64,000 nt of DNA, taken from positions 16,430,001 through 16,494,000 of the forward strand of contig JBHGNT010000014.1 of assembly GCA_043228905.1 (NCBI GenBank), written 5' to 3'. The translations under genes were made by a program, and so were the position numbers. The stretch comes from Azolla caroliniana. Taxonomy: Eukaryota; Plantae; Polypodiophyta. Positions 53,517 to 64,000 of the stretch are shown here, piece after piece (within the stretch, counting starts at the first letter, position 1; every line of letters begins with the position of its first letter). The notes under the pieces are model-generated. The model was not told the DNA's origin. It was given only the letters and a program-made list of their open reading frames with translations, and did not search any database.

Positions 53517-55770
53517 GAATTGCCGAAACTTGTCGGATCCTAGGGCCTTGGTGAAGATGTCGGTTGTCTGAAGATTCGTGTTGATGTGTTGAAGGTCGAC
53601 ATCTACGGCCTATACGCGCTCTCGAATGAAGTGGTAGTGCACTTTGATATGCTTCGTGTGCGTGTGGAACACCGGGTTCCAAGCCAAATATATATTGCTC
53701 ATGTTGTTGCAGTAAAGGAGAGTCGGATCCTTGATGGGAACCCAGATCCTTCAAAATCCTCTTGAGCCATACGGCTTCAAATGCAACCACAACCGCGCCC
53801 CTGTATTCGGCCTCCGTGCTTGTAAGTGCAACGCTAGGCAGCTTCTTACTACTCTAAGATATTGCTTCGTTGTCAAGTGAGAAGAAAAGTCCAGAGGTCG
53901 ATCATCGATCTGCTCTGTAGTCGGCCTAGTCAGCATTTGTGTACCCTTCAAGTCGAATTGGTGTGGCTGATTCGTAGAGAATACCACAATCCATTGTGTC
54001 GCTCATGTATCGTAATACTCACCTAGCACAATCGAAATGAATATCTCACGGAGTTTCCATGAATTGGCTAAGGAGGCCGACCGGATAATTGAGGTCGGGT
54101 TGAGTAATCGTGAGATAGATGAGGCTCCCTATCAGTTGTCGATACTAAGCCGGCTCACACTCGTCTGTGTCGGAGTGGGCATCCAGTTTGAGGTTTCGAT
54201 CGAGAGGGGTTGCCACATATTTGCATTGAGTCATTCCGAACTTGTATAACAAGTTGAGGATGTAGTGGCGTTGAGAGATCATAATGCTAGTTGGAATCCG
54301 AATTACCTCGATGCCAAGAAGTAATGGAGCTTCTTCTGTCCGTCATCTCGAATTTGTTGGAGAGGAGGGACTTCACCTTGTTGATGTCGACTAAATGTTC
54401 ACCTCCAATAACCAGATCATCCACGTATAGGATGATGACAATTGGGCTTCTAGAGTCGTTTCCTACGTAGAGGGAGTTGTCAAATTTCAACATTCGAAAG
54501 CCGATTTGATGAAGATATTGTGTAATCTTCGAATGGCAAGCACGCGGTTCTTGCTTAAGGCCGTAGAGTGGCTTCTTCAATCGGCATATTGCTTTCGAAT
54601 GGATGTTCGATTCGAAGCCAAGTGGTTGTACCATGTACACCTCTTCTAATTCCCCTTGAAGAAAGGTGTTCTTTACGTCCATTTGGTGGAGATGCCACCC
54701 TTTCGTTGTTGTGAGTGCGATCACGGTCCACACTGTCGTCATCTTTGCCACCGGGGCAAATGTCTCTTCGTAGTCGACTCCATGTGTCTATGCGTATCCT
54801 TTCGCTACGAGTCGAGCTTTGTAGCAGTTTACGGAGCCGTTGACATTATACTTCACCTTATCAATCCATTTGCAGCCGATTGCCTTCCTATGCAGTGAGT
54901 GGGGAACGAGATCCCATGTCTCTTTCTTGCATAGTGCCTGCATCACCTCGTTCAGTGTTGCGACCCATCGTGGATCCTTGGCTACTTCCGAAAAACTTTC
55001 TAGTTTTTGAATTGTCACCACCTTCATCATAAAGGCATAGTGGTATGCCATATAATCGTTGTAGCCGAATCGGCTAACAGGATTCTTCTCATAGGTGGAG
55101 CGTCGGAATTTTTCATTTAACGTGGCAATGGCTTTCTTTACGCCAGGTGTCCTCATGAAAGGTACATAGAAGCCACTAAACTCACTGTCAAGGGAGTGAG
55201 TCGATTCGTTGTCATGGAAGTGATCGTCTTCATATTTCGACATTTTCGCCTTGCCTTTGTCCATCTTCGGACTAGGCCGAGATGTGCTTTGGTCATTCGG
55301 GGGCTCTTGTGGCCCACTAAGCCTTTTTTTAATCGGGCTTTCTTCGAACATGTGTTCGAGTCGATCTCCATCTTCTATCTCTTGTTCGGCGGATTACGAG
55401 TCGACTAGAAATGATTTGGGAGGAGTCGGCTCGGGTTCGTACCATGATGTCGATTCATCGAAGACTACATCCCGGCTAACAAAAACCTTCCGAGTCAAGG
55501 GGTTATAGCACTTCTGGCCCTTTTGCTCGAGTATCCTACGAGGATACATTTCTCCGACTTCGGGTCGAGCTTTTGTCGCTTTTCGTCGGGGATGTGCATG
55601 TATGCAATGGAGCCGAATATCCGAACATGTGATAGATTCGGCTCCTTTCCGAAAAACTTCTCATGCGGGGTAACCTCATGCACATCGGATGTTGTACACT
55701 GGTTCATTAGGTAGAGGGTTGTGTTGGCGGCTTCTGCTCAGTACGACTTCGGCATGTGCTTCTCATTAAG
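53517..55770 (-). mobile_element. Degenerate Copia pol (integrase end, RT, RNase H)
   Basis: RIFGSIAYMHIPDEKRQKLDPKSEKCILVGYS, YKARLVAKGY, HQMDVKNTFLQG...LYGLKQ...LYVDDL and DIFTKALG. Confidence 0.92.
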
Positions 55771-57262
55771 GTATTTGTTTCTCTCAAGAAAAGTGTTAGT
55801 TAACTTTGCAATATATTTAACAACAAAATAAATCCTTTCAAACGTTGTTTTAATAGGAAATAGTCTAATGATCCCATTTTCATGAATTCATACAAATCGA
55901 GAGGTTTAGTTCTTTTAACCTTTGAGTCATGCCTTATTGCACAATTCAAAACCTTATATACAAATTCTACATTCTAATAAGTCGTCAAAGCATTAATATC
56001 TCTTTAGACTTTTACCAAGACCCACTCATCATTCTATTCCTCTGTGATTTTTAACCTTCTAAGTTCTTATTGACAATTCCCCCAGATAATAGATTGGTGA
56101 TAGAAGAAAGAATCTTGAAATTAACATTCCCAATGCATAACCTTTTAGTGTGAAATGCTTAGCACCATGCCTTTATTTATATTTCGAGGGAGGAAAATGA
56201 TCATTCCTACAAATCACATGTTACAAACATGAAACAACATGAGAAGAAGTCAATGTGTTGGATTTGCCATTGAAGCCTCCAACTATGCTAATATAAGACC
56301 ACCTCTACTTACCTTTGCTTTATAGACATGGGAGTTGCAACAAGTTTAATATTTTTCGTGATCTTAATTTAATTAATCTAGAGTTATGAATTCACCACCT
56401 AGATGATGATCTTCACCTATATTAGGTACGGTTTGTGACTAGAATTTCCTATGTTGAGGCTGGAATCATTTCAACAGTTGGATTATTTTACTTGTATCAA
56501 CATAGGCATCATAAGATTTTGCATGTTTCTTAGTCATAGATTCTCCAACATTTGATATTGACACAATAAATCAAAAAGTTTTGCAACACACTTTGCTAAT
56601 GAAATAGGCATGCACCTCGGTGCACATCCTTAGGTAATATTAACCAACACATTGTCCACGCATCATGCAATGCTTCCTATTTAGTGTGGAGTGCCCATCG
56701 TTGTCCTTTAAGCCTCATTAAGTTTGCTTCTTTAGCCCTCAAGTCAATTCTATTCTCATGATGGAGCCAATACTCCTTTAAATTTAAATGGAGACCTACT
56801 TCACCATAGGTTGCTTATTTAAGATGGTAGCTACTGACTGGACATATTCCAATCATCCTTTTTTCTTCCATACAATCTAAACAACACCAAGAGTAGGCGA
56901 TAGAGTTGCTCGCTAATGTTTTTGAGATTTAGTGGACATTGATCAAACAACCTATCTATATATATAATGGATCACATTCACTTACTGCTAAACTTATATA
57001 TTGCTAACGTTTTTGAGGTTCGGCATTCAAAGATAGCCAACAATATATCAAGGGAAATCTGTATATTCAATCGACATTAAGCAAGACGCATCTTAGCTGT
57101 CTCGACCGATTTCTCAACAAGTACAGCACTAGTCACTCTCACACGTTGAGCTCTTTTCTTGTTATAGAGGAGAAAATGTGAACTAATGTGGTTGGAAGAG
57201 TCACATTAATAGATTTGACCCTAAATTTAGATGACATGGGATTGACTTTGCATTATAAAGAG

Positions 57263-57460
57263 TGTATGAATGAATGTATGTATGTATGTATGTATGCGTG
57301 TATGTATGTATGTAGGTATGTATGTATGTATGTATGTATGTATGTATGTATGTATGTATGTATGTATGTATGTATGTATGTATGTATGTATGTATGGATG
57401 GATGGATGGATGGATGGATGGATGGATGGATGTATGTGTGTGTGTATTTTTGTATGTATG
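57263..57460. repeat. (ATGT)n then (ATGG)n tetranucleotide microsatellite
   Basis: Directly visible. Confidence 0.95.
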
Positions 57461-58745
57461 CATTGCTAAAAATAACACAGAACAACAAAAAAAACAGAGC
57501 TTTTTGTTTTTCCTCTCCATATCAACTTTGTGTGTGTATACAGACAGAGGAGGAGGAGACAGAGAGATGAGCGTTTGGTCTTCTGCTCTGTCGCCTCAGT
57601 ACACTCTACGACCATGATTCTGCTCCTCACTCCATATTCATTCCATTCACAATTGTTGGTATGTTTGATCTCTTACTATAAAGACAACCCCTTAGATGCT
57701 CTGTTTCTGTCTGTCTGTCTCTCTATCCCTGTCTATCTATCCATACATAATGTATATGTAACTCATAGCTAAGTGATCTTCTTTCTCAACAAACATCTAT
57801 TGATCTATCTATCTTTACCTGGTCTTATAATTAGCTTTTCTTCACCGTTCCTGCAATATATTGACCTCATCACACTTGGGTATGTATATTATCCATTTCA
57901 GCTATTAACTTACATTATGATTCTTCCTCTTCTCCTCCTCCTCCTTGTTGCATGTGTTTTGAGAGAGAGAGAGAGAGAGAGAGAGATCTTCTTTGTATAT
58001 GAGTAATCATGTTGAAAGTTCACGTTTGTTTTGAGAAAGACATGCATTGTGTTCAATACATATACATATGTAATAATGTATGTATGTATGCATGCATGCA
58101 TATATGTGTGTGTGTGTGTGTGTGTTAGATATATTTTGTTTGTTAGATATATTCTGAGCTCAAATCATATGACCCATGAGCTCAAATCATATGTATATAT
58201 ATTTTGTTTGTTAGATATATTCTGAGCTCAAATCATATGACCCATGAGCTCTCATGTATGCATATATATCTCTAGATTGGTATAAGTTTTGTCAAGCACA
58301 ATTAGTACTTGCTTGAATTCATTCAGATATGTATGTATACACATTACAACGAGTGTTGTATGTAAGTTCGTCCTAGGTATCCATATGATAATTTGTTGGC
58401 ACTATGAAGGCTTAAAGGCAATCCCTTTTGTTTCACATTTAATCTCATGTCCTCACTTTCCACGAGCATTTCCACGAACCCTCTCCCTCTCCGAATTGTA
58501 TGTAATTAATTGTATAATATTCTCCACGATATTTTGTTTAGAAAGCCTGCATGGTGAATAGAGTGCATCGTTAAACTATGTTATGTATGTATACCAAATG
58601 TATATCCTTTGATTTTCGAGAAAGAGACCAGGTGATTTGAGTGAGTGTTGCAATCGTACATTGTCAATAAGTTTCAAGTTTCCTTATGCTGAAATTTTCC
58701 AAGTGATTATTTTTGGCACATCTTTCCAGATCAAGGAACTTCAAT

Positions 58746-60305
58746 ATGAACAAAAATGTTGCCCTTCTTATTGCTCTTTTGGTAATTGTTCTACGAAATA
58801 CAATTGTTTCAAATGGGCAACTCTCTATGGATTTCTACGATACATCATGTCCGAACTTGACTTCCATAGTGAGCAGTACATTCCAGTCACTGGCGAAAAG
58901 AAACAATGTCGTTTCGCCATCAACTCTGAGGCTTCTTATCCATGATTGCTTCATCCAGGTACCGAAGAAACTCAAAAATGTGAAACATCGGCCTCAAAAG
59001 ATTTTTAGTTACATTTTGTCCAAATTGTAGATTATCATATTACTCCCTTTGCTACTTGAATCATCCTGTTTTACCTTGTAACTCTTTTGAAAATGAAGAA
59101 ATTAACATTATGCCCACCCATGGCTCATTTACCTTAACTTTTCTAGGGATGTGATGCCTCTATTTTGATTTCATCCACACCTAACAATCTTGCTGAGAGG
59201 GACTATGTGGATAATGATATTCCACAACAAGCCTTTAATACCATAAATGAGATCAAAGGGGCCCTCGAATCAATTTGCCCCGGAGTAGTTTCTTGTGCAG
59301 ATATCATTGTTCTTGCAGCACGAGAGGCAATAACATTTGTAAGTTCCCATACCTCTGTATATATGTATGTATGTATCACGATAATATGATACTTCAATGA
59401 TAAGAGGTACACACAATTGGCCTTGTTCATTTTGCTTCACTAATGTATTGGGTACAAAGAAAAGAATTTAGAAAATATAATGTCTCACACAATGTTTCTA
59501 TCTTCATTGATGGATCGGATTGAAATTGTAGCTTGGGGGACCATCATGGGAAGTTGCATTAGGACGAAGAGATAGTCGAACATCTTTTGCAACTAATGGC
59601 ATTGGAAACATACCACAATCTAACCTGACTGTTGACCAACTGATATCTCTTTTCTTGTCCAAGGGACTTGATGCCCAAGACCTCGTGTCTCTCTCAGGTA
59701 TACCTACTTCAACATTTTTTAAAGCACCTTATTTGGTTTTATTCTTGAGATCTTCATTTTATCAAGAAGTTTTCTTTTCCATTGATTCATCCTCCCAAAT
59801 GGCCATAAAATATTTCTTATAATCATAATATTGATAAATGCATACAAATAACTACACATAACTCATATTGTTAATCATCTTATGCCACTATTGCCTTCTT
59901 TATCTAGGTGCCCATACCATTGGCTTTGCAAGGTGTAGACAATTCACTTTCCGGATGGTAGATGGAGATCCATTTTTGAACACATCTCTTGCCCAAGACA
60001 TTCGTCAAAGTTGCCCACAATTGAATAGCAACGTTTTTGTGCCATTAGATTCTTCCTCACCTTTTAAATTTGACAATTCTTACTACAAAGGCCTACAAAA
60101 TAACATGGGATTATTGTTAACCGACCAAGCTCTGTTTGCACATCCAGAGACAAAAGATCTAGTGAACCAATTTGCATCGTCTAGTAACAATTTCTTTCAA
60201 TCGTTTGTGGATTCAATCATCAAGATGTCAGCTATTGGTGTGCTAACTGGAGATGATGGTGAAGGAGAAATACGAAATGTTTGCACACAAATCAATCAAA
60301 ATTGA
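58746..60305 (+). CDS. Class III secretory heme peroxidase; exons 58746-58958, 59147-59338, 59532-59697, 59908-60305; 322 aa
   Basis: Signal peptide then QLSMDFYDTSCP. Distal RLLIHDCF-GCDAS, VSCADI, GGPSWEVALGRRDS, proximal LSGAHTIG, FDNSYY and GEIRNVC. All 8 Cys present. Canonical 4-exon layout with 192-bp and 166-bp middle exons. Confidence 0.96.
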
Positions 60306-60599
60306 GACAATTTTGTGGATTTGGTTTGTCATCAATTTTGTTGCACATTACAATACTTAATACAATGGGAACACTCTAAATAGTGTTGTGGGGTTGGATG
60401 TGAGCTAGACCTCATGAGTACAGTTATGTCTACAATAAAACAAAGGTGTAGTGCTAACCAAAATTTCATGAGACAAAATTTGATCAGAGTAGCAGATCAT
60501 TTGTACGAAAATAAGTGATATGATCTTTGAGACTTTGGTTCATATGAAAACAATGTTTCCTGCTAATAATTTATTATGCAAGAATAACTATTAATATGT

Positions 60600-63345
60600 A
60601 TAGAAAACATGCATATATTGGAAAATATATGGTCTTTGATATCATCTTCAAGATGTCCTCATATATGGTTTGGGCTTATCTATGTTTTTCAAGGATATAA
60701 ATATTGAGATCTTGTATATGCTTATGGTTTTCAATGTGGTCTTTGATTTGGTCATGGTCTTGTAAGATGTTTATATGGTTAGGCACATGGTCATATATAA
60801 TTTGGTTTTATCTATGTTCTTCACAATGGTATGTATATTGAGATGGTCTCATATATGGCAATGGTGTTCAAGGTGGTCTTCAATATAGTTATGGTGTTGT
60901 AAGATGTTTATATGATCAAGCACATGATTGCATATGGCCCTTGAAATAGTGTTGAATATAGTCTTTAAGATGTTATTGTATATGGTCTCGCCTTGTCAAT
61001 AGGCTTCTAAGTTTTATGGAGACGTCTTCTACATTGAGGTGTACTTCAACATGGTTTTGGTTATGATCTTTGAGATATTCATGTATATGTTCTTGTATTG
61101 CCTATCATCTTTGACATGGTCATGTATATGGAGATGGCTACATGTATGTTTATGTTGTTGTGACAAGTTTAAATATATTTATGTATACGTTTATGATTTG
61201 GTGTAATTCGTAATTTTTATATGCTTTGATCTTGAAATGGTCTTCATGTTTACGTGTATAGTTATGGTCTTGTCTGATGTTTATATGATTATGTATATGA
61301 TTTTCAATGGTCTACAAGGTGTTCTTTGAGACGTTCTTGTATATGGTTTGGTCTTCAAGATGGTCTTGTATATGGTTAAGGTCTTTGTGTTGGTCTTTTG
61401 AATCTTCTTTTTTCTTTTTTTGTGAATACAGATTCGCCTTGGTATTAATGGAAAGATGCCAAAAGGCTACAAAGAACTCAGAGAGTAAAATATAACCCTC
61501 ATACCCACATCAACCAACATGTCGAGTAGCAAAAGCCCTCATGCATGGTCCTTCCAAGACGAGGGGCGGAAAAAATCACCTTGGTGGAGCATATCTCGAC
61601 TTTATTCTATCCCCAAAAGAGGTGAAGACCTTTGCCTTTTCCAAATTTCTCGAAAATGTTGTTGCTTACGGAACACAACCTCAGGCTCACCAGTTATTGC
61701 CTCATATGGACCTCTTAAAGTACGTAGGAGCATCAACCATATGTCCTTTGACTAACTCAACAACATTCTGTTTGACTTTCTGAAATACACATTTACATCT
61801 TGCCTTCCACAATACCCAAACTACTAAAGAAGATATTGTAGACCAAACCTTGTCCTCTTCCAGCGGATTGTGGAAGTATAAAAGACCTCCAATACATGTC
61901 TTCCATCGAAGAGGCGCAAAAAATAAATATACTCCTTTCCATAATTCTGTATTTCTTTAGCCAACCTTCCCCATCTCACAAAACCCTATGTGTACACCTG
62001 TTTACCATAAATAGGATGCAAAATTCTCAACATCCTTTTCCAAATTCCTCTAGAAATAGGACATACCCATAAAACATGGTGAACCGATTCAATGGGAAAC
62101 CCACAACTATCACATTTTAAATCATGGCAATGGCCCCACATCCATGACTTCACAGAACAACCATCCAAACAATAAATTTTTTTAGGAATTTGCATGGCCC
62201 ATAGCCATTTCCAATAAGCATGTATGGTCTTCAATATAGTTTTAGTTCAGTAAGATGTTTATGTTGTCATGTATGGTGTTTATGGGCATCGAGATGGTTT
62301 TTGATACTCTTCAAATTGGTTCTCTTTCTTTCCTATTGCCTTTGAGGTACTCACAAATAGTAAACACATATACATACTAAATGCATAAATACATACATAC
62401 AAGCATGTGTGCATATGCACATACATACATACATACCTATATACATGTGCACATATGTACATAGATACACACATACGTACATACATACATATGTATGTAT
62501 GGTATGGTCTTCATGTGCAGTTTAGGGTCTTCTTTATGGTTATGTTCTATATGGTCTTCCATATGGTTATGGTATGTTCTCGTCTATGGTCTTTGAGATG
62601 CTCTTTAAGCACAGTATATTCTCGTCTATGTTCTTGTATTGTTAAATGATTATGTTTATGGTGTTGTTAAATGCTTAAATGTATGTTCTATATGGTCTTC
62701 CATATGGTTATGGTATGTTCTCGTCTATGGTGTTTGAGATGCTCTTTAAGCACGGTATATTCTCGTCTATGTTCTTGTATTGTTAAATGATTATGTTTAT
62801 GGTGTTGTTAAATGCTTAAATGTATGTTTATTATGTGCATGTTTATCATTTTTCACTTTATATATATTTTTAATGAAATTCTTTGTATGGTCTTCATGTT
62901 TAGTTGTATGATTATGTTCTTGTCATATGTTTATATGGTTATGCATATGATTTTCATTGGTTTTTTATATGGTCTTGGGGACATTCTACAATATTTATAT
63001 GTTTGGTGCTTTTCAATATGGTCTTCAAGATGTTCTTGGAGATGGTCTAGTCTTGTCTTTTGTCTTGAGGTACATTACATGGTTATGCATATTATTATCT
63101 CTGGTCTTCTAGGCCATTTTGGATATGATATTTGATATATTCTTGTAAATTGGTTTGGGCTTATCTATGACCTTCGAGATGGTCTTCAAAGATGATCCTG
63201 TTTATTGAGATGGACTTTAATATAGTCGTCAAGGTGTTCTTGTATATGCTCTCATATTGTTTATGGTCCTCGAGGTGGTCTTGTATATTGAGATGGTTGT
63301 CTTTGTGAATGTTTGTGGTCTTGTCACATTTTTATGGTTGGGTTT
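60600..63345. repeat. Degenerate T/G-rich satellite-like tract (ATGGTCTT motifs) with a 141-bp near-perfect duplication at 62541-62825
   Basis: Recurring atatggtctt/gagatggtc motifs. tatgttctatatggtcttccatatgg starts at 62541 and 62682. Confidence 0.75.
61407..62217 (-). mobile_element. 5'-truncated L1-like LINE with poly(A) tail
   Basis: YWKWLWAMQIPKKI...KCDSCGFPIESVHHVLWVCPISRGIW (zf-RVT) and VWVLWKARCKCVF. T-tract at 61407-61421 corresponds to a poly(A) tail. Confidence 0.82.
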
Positions 63346-64000
63346 ATGAGTATCTATTCACACACACATTCTCCTTATACCAGCATTATTTATACAATGA
63401 AAAAGCCAAATGGTCTCTCATGTTCCATTAGAAATACACATGGTTAACAATAAAAAAAAGCAACTTCCAAAAAGCATTAGAATCACTAAAAAGCCAACAA
63501 GGTCACAATCTTCTTGAGAGCCGCCATGAGCCGCTTCTCACGGATCTCGGCCATATAGTGACCCGTGTTTCTCACTCTCAGACGCCACTCACATTAGTTC
63601 AAGGAGATTCGAGGCCAATTGTTGATTGAGGGCACATTATACGCATGCCGAAAAACCCACGTGGAAAAACAACATATGTTTCACATATGCTCGACAAACA
63701 AAAATTACAATCTTGTGAATACTTAAGGCACATCCCAAAGGCGATCATGTGACCCCTAACACCTTTGAAAACCCCAATGTGATCATGTAAATATGCACCT
63801 TTGAAATTAATTCTTGTTGAACATGGGGTTCTAACATATACGCATGTTTTGTGTACATATTCATATTCACCTTCTTACATGCACTAACATAACAAAAAAT
63901 ATAAACAAGATTATAAGCAACAAATAGTTCTTTTATATAAAAGAGAATCTCAAAGATCATGTCGCTTATTTCATACAAATGATCTACTACACTGGCTTAA

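Noticed and set aside
55775-57200. Possible coding relic in unassigned DNA (also 37040-37990, 48500-50950 and 63350-64000)
   Set aside because: No recognisable motif or splice-consistent frame by eye. Likely old TE debris and needs BLASTx.
57188-57617. ORFs with MYVC/HTYI repeats (also 32601-33111 and 62280-62649)
   Set aside because: Translations of microsatellites.
57540-57740. Possible conserved miRNA locus in the GA/CT-rich stretch
   Set aside because: No match to conserved plant miRNA sequences I know. Complementarity comes from simple repeats.
6521-60305. Rab, TGA, RING-CH and peroxidase as a functional defence gene cluster
   Set aside because: Common unrelated gene families separated by TE tracts. 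No sequence evidence of co-regulation.

Overview
Repeat-rich land-plant nuclear DNA, probably a fern or other seed-free plant (inferred from the Tcn1-like, RTEX-like and Sola-like transposon remnants, not proven). Four intact intron-containing genes can be fully spliced with GT-AG sites: a RabA5-type GTPase (+, 6521-9287, 2 exons, 232 aa), a TGA bZIP/DOG1 transcription factor (-, 28897-31667, 8 coding exons, 342 aa), a RING-CH/DUF3675 membrane E3 ligase (-, 44243-47583, 7 exons, 260-261 aa) and a class III secretory peroxidase (+, 58746-60305, 4 exons, 322 aa). Between them lie nested, mostly decayed mobile elements: one structurally complete Copia with TSD (11432-16353), a three-part Copia mosaic (19330-27067), other Copia remnants, Gypsy remnants, L1-like and RTEX-like LINE fragments, a hAT-type MITE with 8-bp TSD, a probable Sola-like transposase relic, and many local tandem duplications. 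I found no convincing novel multi-gene system. The most unusual signals are a rearrangement junction carrying a templated 48-bp copy plus TTTAGGG repeats, a duplicated convergent tRNA-like module inside a putative LTR, a decayed duplicate of the Rab hypervariable tail, and a Phe41-to-Ile distal-pocket substitution in the peroxidase. All alignments and counts were done by eye.
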